This document shows positions 1 to 15,000 of a stretch of 64,000 bases of DNA, in pieces; position 1 is the stretch's first letter, and each line of letters begins with the position of its first letter. Origin of the DNA: Balanoglossus misakiensis (lineage: Eukaryota > Animalia > Hemichordata). The position numbers and the translations under genes are program-made. Below the pieces are notes generated by a model, which saw only the letters and a list, made by a program, of their open reading frames with translations, ran no database searches and was not told where the DNA came from. The stretch covers positions 10,428,894 to 10,492,893 of the forward strand of contig CM082589.2 of the NCBI GenBank assembly GCA_040954595.2. Reading direction: 5' to 3'.

Positions 1-3000
1 CATAGGCCTATTACGTGTTCTGCGCCTCACAACAGAATTCGGTAAATAAACGAGGCTGTTTGGAAGCAACCATGGAAATTTTAGAACTATCCGTCGATCT
101 ACAGAGTCTAGTGGAAAACGTTCTTATGCGCATAGGCCTATCTATGTATTATGCGCATCACAACAGAATTTTGTAAACAAACGAGGATGTGTTTGGAAGC
201 AACCATGGAAATTTTAGAACTATCCGTCGATATACAGAGTCTAGTGGAAAACGTTCTTATGCGCATAGGCCTCTCTATGTGTTCTGCGCATCACAACAGA
301 ATTTTGTAAACAAACGATGCTTTGTTTGGAAGCAACCATGGAAATTTTAGAACTATCCGTCGATCTACGGAGTCTAGTGGAAAAATTTCTTATGCGCATA
401 GGCATATGTATGTGTTCTACGCATCACAACAGAATTCGGTAAATAAACGAGGCTGTTTGGAAACAACCATGGAAATTTTACAACTATCCGTCGATCTACA
501 GAGTCTGGTGGAAAAGTTTCTGATGCGCATAGGCCTATTACGTGTTCTGCGCCTCACAACAGAATTCGGTAAATAAACGAGGCTGTTTGGAAGCAACCAT
601 GGAAATTTTAGAACTATCCGTCGATCTACAGAGTCTAGTGGAAAACGTTCTTATGCGCATAGGCCTATCTAAATAAACGAGGCTGTATTTGGAAGCAACA
701 AAGTAAATTTTACAACTATACGTCGATCTACGGAGTCTAGTGGAAAAATTTCTTATGCGCATAGGCATATGTATGTGTTCTGCGTCTCACAACAGAATTC
801 GGTAAATAAACGAGGCTGTTTGGAAGCAACCATGGAAATTTTAGAACTATCCGTCGATCTACGGAGTATAGTGGAAAACGTTCATATGCACATAGGCCTA
901 TCTATGTGTTCTGCGCATCACAACAGATTTTTGTAAACAAACGAGGATGTGTTTGGAAGCAACCATGGAAATTTTAGAACTATCCGTCCATCTACGGAGT
1001 CTAGTGGAAAACTTTCCGATGCGCATAGGCCTATCTATGTGTTCTGCGCATCACAACAGAATTTTGTAAACAAACGAGGATGTGTTTGGAAGCAACCATG
1101 GAAATTTTAGAACTATCCGTCGATCTACAGAGTCTAGTGGAAAACGTTCTTATGCGCATAGGCCTCTCTATTTGTTCTGCGCATCACAACAGAATTTTGT
1201 ATACAAACGATGCTTTGTTTGGAAGCAACCATGGAAATTTTAGAACTATCCGTCGATCTACGGAGTCTAGTGGAAAAATTTCTTATGCGCATAGGCATAT
1301 GTATGTGTTCTACGCATCACAACAGAATTCGGTATATAAACGAGGCTGTTTGGAAACAACCATGGAAATTTTACAACTGTCTGTCGATCTACAGAGTCTG
1401 GTGGAAAAGTTTCTTATGCGCATAGGCCTATTACGTGTTCTGCGCCTCACAAGAGAATTCGGTAAATAAACGAGGCTGTTTGGAAGCAACCATGGAAATT
1501 TTAGAACTATCCGTCGATCTACAGAGTCTAGTGGAAAACGTTCTTATGCGCATAGGACTATCTATGTATTATGCGCATCACAACAGAATTTTGTAAACAA
1601 ACGAGGATGTGTTTGGAAGCAACCATGGAAATTTTAGAACTATCCGTCGATATACAGAGTCTAGTGGAAAACGTTCATATGCGCATAGGCCTCTCTATAT
1701 GTTCTGCGCATCACAACAGAATTTTGTAAACAAACGATGCTTTGTTTGGAAGCAACCATGGAAATTTTAGAACTATCCGTCGATCTACGGAGTCTAGTGG
1801 AAAAATTTCTTATGCGCATAGGCATATGTATGTGTTCTACGCATCACAACAGAATTCGGTAAATAAACGAGGCTGTTTGGAAACAACCATGGAAATTTTA
1901 CAACTATCCGTCGATCTACAGAGTCTGGTGGAAAAGTCTCTTATGCGCATAGGCCTATTACGTGTTCTGCGCCTCACAACAGAATTCGGTAAATAAACGA
2001 GGCTGTTTGGAAGCAACCATGGAAATTTTAGAACTATCCGTCGATCTACAGAGTATAGTGAAAAACGTTCTTATGCGCATAGGCCTATCTATGTATTATG
2101 CGCATCACAACAGAAATCGCTAAATAAACGAGGCTGTATTTGGAAGCAACCATGTAAATTTTACAACTATCCGTCGATCTACGGAGTCTAGTGGAAAAAT
2201 TTCTTATGCGCATAGGCATATGTATGTGTTCTGCGTCTCACAACAGAATTCTGTAAATAAACGAGGCTGTTTGGAAGCAACCATGGAAATTTTAGAACTA
2301 TCCGTCGATCTACAGAGTATAGTGGAAAACGTTCATATGCGCATAGGCCTATCTATGTGTTCTGCGCATCACAACAGAATTTTGTAAACAAACGATGCTT
2401 TGTTTGGAAGCAACCATGGAAATTTTAGAACTATCCGTCGATCTACGGAGTCTAGTGGTAAAATTTCTTATGCGCATAGGCATATGTATGTATTCTACGC
2501 ATCACAACAGAATTCGGTAAATAAACGAGGCTGTTTGGAAGCAACCATGGAAATTTTAGAACTATCCGTCGATCTACAGAGTCTACTGGAAAACGTTCTT
2601 ATGCGCATAGGCCTATCTATGTATTATGCGCATCACAACATAATTTTGTAAACAAACGAGGATGTGCTTGGAAGCAACCATGGAAATTTTAGAACTATCC
2701 GTCGATATACAGAGTCCAGTGGAAAACGTTCTTATGCGCATAGGCCTCTCTATTTGTTCTGCGCATCACAACAGAATTTTGTATACAAACGATGCTTTGT
2801 TTGGAAGTAACCATGGAAATTTTAGAACTATCCGTCGATCTACGGAGTCTAGTGGAAAAATTTCTTATGCGCATAGGCATATGTATGTGTTCTACGCATC
2901 ACAACAGAATTCGGTAAATAAACGAGGCTGTTTGGAAACAACCATGGAAATTTTACAACTGTCTGTCGATCTACCGAGTCTGGTGGAAAAGTTTCTTATG

Positions 3001-6000
3001 CGCATAGGCCTATTACGTGTTCTGCGCCTCACAAGAGAATTCGGTAAATAAACGAGGCTGTTTGGAAGCAACCATGGAAATTTTAGAACTATCCGTCGAT
3101 CTACAGAGTCTAGTGGAAAACGTTCTTATGCGCATAGGCCTATCTATGTATTATGCGCATCACAACAGAATTTTGTAAACAAACGAGGATGTGTTTGGAA
3201 GCAACCATGGAAATTTTAGAACTATCCGTCGATATACAGAGTCTAGTGGAAAACGTTCATATGCGCATAGGCCTCTCTATGTGTTCTGCGCATCACAACA
3301 GAATTTTGTAAACAAACGATGCTTTGTTTGGAAGCAACCATGGAAATTTTAGAACTATCCGTCGATCTACGGAGTCTAGTGGAAAAATTTCTTATGCGCA
3401 TAGGCATATGTATGTGTTCTACGCATCACAACAGAATTCGGTAAATAAACGAGGCTGTTTGGAAACAACCATGGAAATTTTACAACTATCCGTCGATCTA
3501 CAGAGTCTGGTGGAAAAGTCTCTTATGCGCATAGGCCTATTACGTGTTCTGCGCCTCACAACAGAATTCGGTAAATAAAAGAGGCTGTTTGGAAGCAACC
3601 ATGGAAATTTTAGAACTATCCGTCGATCTACAGAGTCTAGTGAAAAACGTTCTTATGCGCATAGGCCTATCTATGTATTATGCGCATCACAACAGAAATC
3701 GCTAAATAAACGAGGCTGTATTTGGAAGCAACCATGTAAATTTTACAACTATCCGTCGATCTACGGAGTCTAGTGGAAAAATTTCTTATGCGCATAGGCA
3801 TATGTATGTGTTCTGCGTCTCACAACAGAATTCTGTAAATAAACGAGGCTGTTTGGAAGCAACCATGGAAATTTTAGAACTATCCGTCGATCTACAGAGT
3901 ATAGTGGAAAACGTCCATATGCGCATAGGCCTATCTATGTGTTCTGCGCATCACAACAGAATTTTGTAAACAAACGATGCTTTGTTTGGAAGCAACCATG
4001 GAAATTTTAGAACTATCCGTCGATCTACGGAGTCTAGTGGTAAAATTTCTTATGCGCATAGGCATATGTATGTATTCTACGCATCACAACAGAATTCGGT
4101 AAATAAACGAGGCTGTTTGGAAGCAACCATGGAAATTTTAGAACTATCCGTCGATCTACAGAGTCTACTGGAAAACGTTCTTATGCGCATAGGCCTATCT
4201 ATGTATTATGCGCATCACAACATAATTTTGTAAACAAACGAGGATGTGTTTGGAAGCAACCATGGAAATTTTAGAACTATCCGTCGATATACAGAGTCTA
4301 GTGGAAAACTTTCTTATGCGCATAGGCCTCTCTATGTGTTCTGCGCATCACAACAGAATTTTGTAAACAAACGATGCTTTGTTTGGAAGCAACCATGGAA
4401 ATTTTAGAACTATCCGTCGATCTACGGAGTCTAGTGGAAAAATTTCTTATGCGCAAAGGCATATGTATGTGTTCTACGCATCACAACAGAATTCGGTAAA
4501 TAAACGAGGCTGTTTGGAAACAACCATGGAAATTTTACAACTATCCGTCGATCTACAGAGTCTGGTGGAAAAGTTTCTTTTGCGCATAGGCCTATTACGT
4601 GTTCTGCGCCTCACAACAGAATTCGGTAAATAAACGAGGCTGTTTGGAAGCAACCATGGAAATTTTAGAACTATCCGTCGATCTACAGAGTATAGTGAAA
4701 AACGTTCTTATGCGCATAGGCCTATCTATGTATTATGCGCATCACAACAGAAATCGCTAAATAAACGAGGCTGTATTTGGAAGCAACCATGTAAATTTTA
4801 CAACTATCCGTCGATCTACGGAGTCTAGTGGAAAAATTTCTTATGCGCATAGGCATATGTATGTGTTCTGCGTCTCACAACAGAATTCTGTAAATAAACG
4901 AGGCTGTTTGGAAGCAACCATGGAAATTTTAGAACTATCCGTCGATCTACAGAGTATAGTGGAAAACGTTCATATGCGCATAGGCCTATCTATGTGTTCT
5001 GCGCATCACAACAGAATTTTGTAAACAAACGATGCTTTGTTTGGAAGCAACCATGGAAATTTTAGAACTATCCGTCGATCTACGGAGTCTAGTGGTAAAA
5101 TTTCTTATGCGCATAGGCATATGTATGTATTCTACGCATCACAACAGAATTCGGTAAATAAACGAGGCTGTTTGGAAGCAACCATGGAAATTTTAGAACT
5201 ATCCGTCGATCTACAGAGTCTACTGGAAAACGTTCTTATGCGCATAGGCCTATCTATGTATTATGCGCATCACAACATAATTTTGTAAACAAACGAGGAT
5301 GTGCTTGGAAGCAACCATGGAAATTTTAGAACTATCCGTCGATATACAGAGTCCAGTGGAAAACGTTCTTATGCGCATAGGCCTCTCTATTTGTTCTGCG
5401 CATCACAACAGAATTTTGTATACAAACGATGCTTTGTTTGGAAGCAACCATGGAAATTTTAGAACTATCCGTCGATCTACGGAGTCTAGTGGAAAAATTT
5501 CTTATGCGCATAGGCATATGTATGTGTTCTACGCATCACAACAGAATTCGGTAAATAAACGAGGCTGTTTGGAAACAACCATGGAAATTTTACAACTGTC
5601 TGTCGATCTACCGAGTCTGGTGGAAAAGTTTCTTATGCGCATAGGCCTATTACGTGTTCTGCGCCTCACAAGAGAATTCGGTAAATAAACGAGGCTGTTT
5701 GGAAGCAACCATGGAAATTTTAGAACTATCCGTCGATCTACAGAGTCTAGTGGAAAACGTTCTTATGCGCATAGGCCTATCTATGTATTATGCGCATCAC
5801 AACAGAATTTTGTAAACAAACGAGGATGTGTTTGGAAGCAACCATGGAAATTTTAGAACTATCCGTCGATCTACAGAGTCTAGTGAAAAACGTTCTTATG
5901 CGCATAGGCCTATCTATGTATTATGCGCATCACAACAGAAATCGCTAAATAAACGAGGCTGTATTTGGAAGCAACCATGTAAATTTTACAACTATCCGTC

Positions 6001-9000
6001 GATCTACGGAGTCTAGTGGAAAAATTTCTTATGCGCATAGGCATATGTATGTGTTCTGCGTCTCACAACAGAATTCTGTAAATAAACGAGGCTGTTTGGA
6101 AGCAACCATGGAAATTTTAGAACTATCCGTCGATCTACAGAGTCTAGTGGAAAACGTTCTTATGCGCATAGGCCTATCTATGTATTATGCGCATCACAAC
6201 AGAATTTTGTAAACAAACGAGGATGTGTTTGGAAGCAACCATGGAAATTTTAGAACTATCCGTCGATATACAGAGTCTAGTGGAAAACGTTCATATGCGC
6301 TTAGGCCTCTCTATGTGTTCTGCGCATCACAACAGAATTTTGTAAACAAACGATGCTTTGTTTGGAAGCAACCATGGAAATTTTAGAACTATCCGTCGAT
6401 CTACGGAGTCTAGTGGAAAAATTTCTTATGCGCATAGGCATATGTATGTGTTCTACGCATCACAACAGAATTCGGTAAATAAACGAGGCTGTTTGGAAAC
6501 AACCATGGAAATTTTACAACTATCCGTCGATCTACAGAGTCTGGTGGAAAAGTCTCTTATGCGCATAGGCCTATTACGTGTTCTGCGCCTCACAGCAGAA
6601 TTCGGTAAATAAAAGAGGCTGTTTGGAAGCAACCATGGAAATTTTAGAACTATCCGTCGATCTACAGAGTCTAGTGAAAAACGTTCTTATGCGCATAGGC
6701 CTATCTATGTATTATGCGCATCACAACAGAAATCGCTAAGTAAACGAGGCTGTATTTGGAAGCAACCATGTAAATTTTACAACTATCCGTCGATCTACGG
6801 AGTCTAGTGGAAAAATTTCTTATGCGCATAGGCATATGTATGTGTTCTACGTCTCACAACAGAATTCTGTAAATAAACGAGGCTGTTTGGAAGCAACCAT
6901 GGAAATTTTAGAACTATCCGTCGATCTACAGAGTCTAGTGGAAAACGTTCTTATGCGCATAGGCCTATCTATGTATTATGCGCATCACAACAGAATTTTG
7001 TAAACAAACGAGGATGTGTTTGGAAGCAACCATGGAAATTTTAGAACTATCCGTCGATATACAGAGTCTAGTGGAAAACGTTCATATGCGCATAGGCCTC
7101 TCTATGTGTTCTGCGCATCACAACAGAATTTTGTAAACAAACGATGCTTTGTTTGGAAGCAACCATGGAAATTTTAGAACTATCCGTCGATCTACGGAGT
7201 CTAGTGGAAAAATTTCTTATGCGCATAGGCATATGTATGTGTTCTACGCATCACAACAGAATTCGGTAAATAAACGAGGCTGTTTGGAAACAACCATGGA
7301 AATTTTACAACTATCCGTCGATCTACAGAGTCTGGTGGAAAAGTCTCTTATGCGCATAGGCCTATTACGTGTTCTGCGCCTCACAACAGAATTCGGTAAA
7401 TAAAAGAGGCTGTTTGGAAGCAACCATGGAAATTTTAGAACTATCCGTCGATCTACAGAGTCTAGTGAAAAACGTTCTTATGCGCATAGGCCTATCTATG
7501 TATTATGCGCATCACAACAGAAATCGCTAAATAAACGAGGCTGTATTTGGAAGCAACCATGTAAATTTTACAACTATCCGTCGATCTACGGAGTCTAGTG
7601 GAAAAATTTCTTATGCACATAGGCATATGTATGTGTTCTGCGTCTCACAACAGAATTCTGTAAATAAACGAGGCTGTTTGGAAGCAACCATGGAAATTTT
7701 AGAACTATCCGTCGATCTACAGAGTATAGTGGAAAACGTTCATATGCGCATAGGCCTATCTATGTGTTCTGCGCATCACAACAGAATTTTGTAAACAAAC
7801 GATGCTTTGTTTGGAAGCAACCATGGAAATTTTAGAACTATCCGTCGATCTACGGAGTCTAGTGGTAAAATTTCTTATGCGCATAGGCATATGTATGTAT
7901 TCTACGCATCACAACAGAATTCGGTAAATAAACGAGGCTGTTTGGAAGCAACCATGGAAATTTTAGAACTATCCGTCGATCTACAGAGTCTACTGGAAAA
8001 CGTTCTTATGCGCATAGGCCTATCTATGTATTATGCGCATCACAACATAATTTTGTAAACAAACGAGGATGTGTTTGGAAGCAACCATGGAAATTTTAGA
8101 ACTATCCGTCGATATACAGAGTCTAGTGGAAAACTTTCTTATGCGCATAGGCCTCTCTATGTGTTCTGCGCATCACAACAGAATTTTGTAAACAAACGAT
8201 GCTTTGTTTGGAAGCAACCATGGAAATTTTAGAACTATCCGTCGATCTACGGAGTCTAGTGGAAAAATTTCTTATGCGCAAAGGCATATGTATGTGTTCT
8301 ACGCATCACAACAGAATTCGGTAAATAAACGAGGCTGTTTGGAAACAACCATGGAAATTTTACAACTATCCGTCGATCTACAGAGTCTGGTGGAAAAGTT
8401 TCTTTTGCGCATAGGCCTATTACGTGTTCTGCGCCTCACAACAGAATTCGGTAAATAAACGAGGCTGTTTGGAAGCAACCATGGAAATTTTAGAACTATC
8501 CGTCGATCTACAGAGTCTAGTCGAAAACGTTCTTATGCGCATAGGCCTATCTATGTATTATGCGCATCACAACAGAAACCGCTAAATAAACGAGGCTGTA
8601 TTTGGAAGCAACCATGTAAATTTTACAACTATCCGTCGATCTACAGAGTCTGGTGGAAAACTTTCTTATGCGCATAGGCCTATTACGTGTTCTGCGCCTC
8701 ACAACAGAATTCGGTAAATAAACGAGGCTGTTTGGAAGCAACCATGGAAATTTTAGAACTATCCGTCGATCTACAGAGTCTAGTCGAAAACGTTCTTATG
8801 CGCATAGGCCTATCTATGTATTATGCGCATCACAACAGAAACCGCTAAATAAACGAGGCTGTATTTGGAAGCAACCATGTAAATTTTACAACTATCCGTC
8901 GATCTACAGAGTCTGGTGGAAAACTTTCTTATGCGCATAGGCCTATTACGTGTTCTGCGCCTAACAACAGAATTCGGTAAATAAACGAGGCTGTTTGGAA

Positions 9001-12000
9001 GCATCCATGGAAATTTTAGAACTATCCGTCGATCTACAGAGTCTAATGGAAAAATGTCTTATGCGCATAGGCCTATCATGTGTTCTGCGCCTCACAACAG
9101 AATTCCGTAAATAAACGAGGCTGTTTGGAAGCAACCGTGGAAATTTTAGAACTATCTCTCGATCTACAGAGTATAGTGGAAAACTTTCATATGCGCATAG
9201 GCCTATCTATGTGTTATGCGCCTCACAACAGAATTCCGTAAATAAACGAGGCTGTTTGGAAGCAAACATGGAAATTTTAGAACTATCTGTCGATCTACAG
9301 AGTATAGTGGAAAACGTTCATATGCGCATAGGCCTATATATGTGTTATGCGCATCACAACAGAATTTTGTAAACAAACGAAGCGGAGTTTGGAAGCAACC
9401 ATGGAAATTTTAGAACTATCTCTCGATCTACAGAGTATAGTGGAAAACGTTCATTTGCGCATAGGCCTATCTATGTGTTCTGCGCGTCACAACAGAATTT
9501 TGTAAACAAACGATGCTTTGTTTGGAAGCAACCATGGAAATTTAAGAACTATCCATCGATCTACAGAGTCTATAGTGGAAAACTTTCTTATGCACATATG
9601 CCTATCTATGTGTTCTGCGCCTCAAAACAGAATTCCGTAAATAAAAGAGGCTGTTTGGAAGCAAACATGGAAATTCAAGAACTATCTCTCGATCTACAGA
9701 GTATAGTGGAAAACGTTCATATGCGCATAGGCCTATCATGTGTTATGCACATCACAACAGAATTTTGTAAACAAACGAGGCTTTGTTTGGAAGCAACAAT
9801 GGAAATTTTAGAACTATCTGTCGATCTACTGAGTATAGTGGAAAACTTTCTTATGCGCATAGGCCTCTCTATGTGTTCTGCGCATCACAACAGAATTTTG
9901 TAAACAAACGATGCTTTGTTTGGAAGCAACCATGGAAATTTTAGAACTATCCGTCGATCTACGGAGTCTAGTGGAAAAATTTCTTATGCGCAAAGGCATA
10001 TGTATGTGTTCTACGCATCACAACAGAATTCGGTAAATAAACGAGGCTGTTTGGAAACAACCATGGAAATTTTACAACTATCCGTCGATCTACAGAGTCT
10101 GGTGGAAAAGTTTCTTTTGCGCATAGGCCTATTACGTGTTCTGCGCCTCACAACAGAATTCGGTAAATAAACGAGGCTGTTTGGAAGCAACCATGGAAAT
10201 TTTAGAACTATCCGTCGATCTACAGAGTCTAGTCGAAAACGTTCTTATGCGCATAGGCCTATCTATGTATTATGCGCATCACAACAGAAACCGCTAAATA
10301 AACGAGGCTGTATTTGGAAGCAACCATGTAAATTTTACAACTATCCGTCGATCTACAGAGTCTGGTGGAAAACTTTCTTATGCGCATAGGCCTATTACGT
10401 GTTCTGCGCCTCACAACAGAATTCGGTAAATAAACGAGGCTGTTTGGAAGCAACCATGGAAATTTTAGAACTATCCGTCGATCTACAGAGTCTAGTCGAA
10501 AACGTTCTTATGCGCATAGGCCTATCTATGTATTATGCGCATCACAACAGAAACCGCTAAATAAACGAGGCTGTATTTGGAAGCAACCATGTAAATTTTA
10601 CAACTATCCGTCGATCTACAGAGTCTGGTGGAAAACTTTCTTATGCGCATAGGCCTATTACGTGTTCTGCGCCTAACAACAGAATTCGGTAAATAAACGA
10701 GGCTGTTTGGAAGCATCCATGGAAATTTTAGAACTATCCGTCGATCTACAGAGTCTAATGGAAAAATGTCTTATGCGCATAGGCCTATCATGTGTTCTGC
10801 GCCTCACAACAGAATTCCGTAAATAAACGAGGCTGTTTGGAAGCAACCGTGGAAATTTTAGAACTATCTCTCGATCTACAGAGTATAGTGGAAAACTTTC
10901 ATATGCGCATAGGCCTATCTATGTGTTATGCGCCTCACAACAGAATTCCGTAAATAAACGAGGCTGTTTGGAAGCAAACATGGAAATTTTAGAACTATCT
11001 GTCGATCTACAGAGTATAGTGGAAAACGTTCATATGCGCATAGGCCTATATATGTGTTATGCGCATCACAACAGAATTTTGTAAACAAACGAAGCGGAGT
11101 TTGGAAGCAACCATGGAAATTTTAGAACTATCTCTCGATCTACAGAGTATAGTGGAAAACGTTCATTTGCGCATAGGCATATCTATGTGTTCTGCGCGTC
11201 ACAACAGAATTTTGTAAACAAACGATGCTTTGTTTGGAAGCAACCATGGAAATTTAAGAACTATCCATCGATCTACAGAGTCTATAGTGGAAAACTTTCT
11301 TATGCACATATGCCTATCTATGTGTTCTGCGCCTCAAAACAGAATTCCGTAAATAAAAGAGGCTGTTTGGAAGCAAACATGGAAATTCAAGAACTATCTC
11401 TCGATCTACAGAGTATAGTGGAAAACGTTCATATGCGCATAGGCCTATCATGTGTTATGCACATCACAACAGAATTTTGTAAACAAACGAGGCTTTGTTT
11501 GGAAGCAACAATGGAAATTTTAGAACTATCCGTCGATCTACAGAGTCTAATGGAAAAATGTCTTATGCGCATAGGCCTATCATGTGTTCTGCGCCTCACA
11601 ACAGAATTCCGTAAATAAACGAGGCTGTTTGGAAGCAACCGTGGAAATTTTAGAACTATCTCTCGATCTACAGAGTATAGTGGAAAACTTTCATATGCGC
11701 ATAGGCCTATCTATGTGTTATGCGCCTCACAACAGAATTCCGTAAATAAACGAGGCTGTTTGGAAGCAAACATGGAAATTTTAGAACTATCTGTCGATCT
11801 ACAGAGTATAGTGGAAAACGTTCATATGCGCATAGGCCTATATATGTGTTATGCGCATCACAACAGAATTTTGTAAACAAACGAAGCGGAGTTTGGAAGC
11901 AACCATGGAAATTTTAGAACTATCTCTCGATCTACAGAGTATAGTGGAAAACGTTCATTTGCGCATAGGCATATCTATGTGTTCTGCGCGTCACAACAGA

Positions 12001-15000
12001 ATTTTGTAAACAAACGATGCTTTGTTTGGAAGCAACCATGGAAATTTAAGAACTATCCATCGATCTACAGAGTCTATAGTGGAAAACTTTCTTATGCACA
12101 TATGCCTATCTATGTGTTCTGCGCCTCAAAACAGAATTCCGTAAATAAAAGAGGCTGTTTGGAAGCAAACATGGAAATTCAAGAACTATCTCTCGATCTA
12201 CAGAGTATAGTGGAAAACGTTCATATGCGCATAGGCCTATCATGTGTTATGCACATCACAACAGAATTTTGTAAACAAACGAGGCTTTGTTTGGAAGCAA
12301 CAATGGAAATTTTAGAACTATCTGTCGATCTACTGAGTATAGTGGAAAACGTTCATATGCGCATAGGCCTATATATGTGTTCTGCGCATCACAACAGAAT
12401 TTTGTAAACAATCGAGGATGTGTTTGGAAGCAACAATGGAAATTTTAGAACTATCCGTCGATCTACGGAGTATAGTGGAAAACGTTCATATGCGCATAGG
12501 CCTATATATGTGTTCTGCGCATCACAACAGAATTTTGTAAACAAACGAGGCTTTGTTTGGAAGCAACAATGGAAATTTTAGAACTATCTCTCGATCTACA
12601 GAGTATAGTGGAAAACGTTCTTATGCGCATAGGCCTCTCTATGTGTTCTGCGCATCGCAACAGAATTTTGTAAACAAACGATGCTTTGTTTGGAAGCAAC
12701 CATGGAAATTTTAGAACTATCCGTCGATCTACGGAGTCTAGTGGAAAAATTTCTTATGCGCATAGGCATATGTATGTGTTCTACGCATCACAACAGAATT
12801 CGGTAAATAAACGAGGCTGTTTGGAAACAACCATGGAAATTTTACAACTATCCGTCGATCTACAGAGTCTGGTGGAAAAGTTTCTTATGCGCATAGGCCT
12901 ATTACGTGTTCTGCGCCTCACAACAGAATTCGGTAAATAAACGAGGCTGTTTGGAAGCAACCATGGAAATTTTAGAACTATCCGTCGATCTACAGAGTCT
13001 AGTGGAAAACGTTCTTATGCGCATAGGCCTATCTATGTATTATGCGCATCACAACATAATTTTGTAAACAAACGAGGATGTGTTTGGAAGCAACCATGGA
13101 AATTTTAGAAATATCCGTCGATATACAGAGACTAGTGGAAAACGTTCTTATGCGCATAGGCCTCTCTATGTGTTCTGCGCATCACAACAGAATTTTGTAA
13201 ACAAACGATGCTTTGTTTGGAAGCAACCATGGAAATTTTAGAACTATCCGTCGATCTACGGAGTCTAGTGGAAAAATTTCTTATGCGCATAGGCATATGT
13301 ATGTGTTCTTTGCATCACAACAGAATTTGGTAAATAAACGAGGCTGTTTGGAAGCAACCATGGAAATTTTAGAACTATCCGTCGATCTACAGAGTCTAGT
13401 GGAAAACGTTCTTATGCGCATAGGCCTATCTATGTATTATGCGCATCACAACAGAAATCGCTAAATAAACGAGGCTGTATTTGGAAGCAACCATGTAAAT
13501 TTTACAACTATCCGTCGATCTACAGAGTCTGGTGGAAAACTTTCTTATGCGCACAGGCCTATTACGTGTTCTGCGCCTAACAACAGAATTCCGTAAATAA
13601 ACGAGGCTGTTTGGAAGCAAACATGGAAATTTTAGAACTATCTGTCGATCTACAGAGTATAGTGGAAAACGTTCATATGCGCATAGGCCTATCTATGTGT
13701 TATGCGCATCACAACAGAATTTTGTAAACAAACGAAGCGGAGTTTGGAAGCAACCATGGAAATTTTAGAACTATCTCTCGATCTACAGAGTATAGTGGAA
13801 AACGTTCATTTGCGCATAGGCCTATCTATGTGTTCTGCGCGTCACAACAGAATTTTGTAAACAAACGATGCTTTGTTTGGAAGCAACCATGGAAATTTAA
13901 GAACTATCCATCGATCTACAGAGTCTATAGTGGAAAACTTTCTTATGCACATATGCCTATCTATGTGTTCTGCGCCTCAAAACAGAATTCCGTAAATAAA
14001 AGAGGCTGTTTGGAAGCAAACATGGAAATTCAAGAACTATCTCTCGATCTACAGAGTATAGTGGAAAACGTTCATATGCGCATAGGCCTATCATGTGTTA
14101 TGCACATCACAACAGAATTTTGTAAACAAACGAGGCTTTGTTTGGAAGCAACAATGGAAATTTTAGAACTATCTGTCGATCTACTGAGTATAGTGGAAAA
14201 CGTTCATATGCGCATAGGCCTATATATGTGTTCTGCGCATCACAACAGAATTTTGTAAACAATCGAGGATGTGTTTGGAAGCAACAATGGAAATTTTAGA
14301 ACTATCCGTCGATCTACGGAGTATAGTGGAAAACGTTCATATGCGCATAGGCCTATATATGTGTTCTGCGCATCACAACAGAATTTTGTAAACAAACGAG
14401 GCTTTGTTTGGAAGCAACAATGGAAATTTTAGAACTATCTCTCGATCTACAGAGTATAGTGGAAAACGTTCTTATGCGCATAGGCCTCTCTATGTGTTCT
14501 GCGCATCACAACAGAATTTTGTAAACAAACGATGCTTTGTTTGGAAGCAACCATGGAAATTTTAGAACTATCCGTCGATCTACGGAGTCTAGTGGAAAAA
14601 TTTCTTATGCGCATAGGCATATGTATGTGTTCTACGCATCACAACAGAATTCGGTAAATAAACGAGGCTGTTTGGAAACAACCATGGAAATTTTACAACT
14701 ATCCGTCGATCTACAGAGTCTGGTGGAAAAGTTTCTTATGCGCATAGGCCTATTACGTGTTCTGCGCCTCACAACAGAATTCGGTAAATAAACGAGGCTG
14801 TTTGGAAGCAACCATGGAAATTTTAGAACTATCCGTCGATCTACAGAGTCTAGTGGAAAACGTTCTTATGCGCATAGGCCTATCTATGTATTATGCGCAT
14901 CACAACATAATTTTGTAAACAAACGAGGATGTGTTTGGAAGCAACCATGGAAATTTTAGAACTATCCGTCGATATACAGAGACTAGTGGAAAACGTTCTT

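Noticed and set aside
35-56. CENP-B box in the monomer (TTCGGTAAATAAACGAGG; also TTGGAAAC)
   Set aside because: It does not match the required TTCG-N4-A-N2-CGGG spacing and core.
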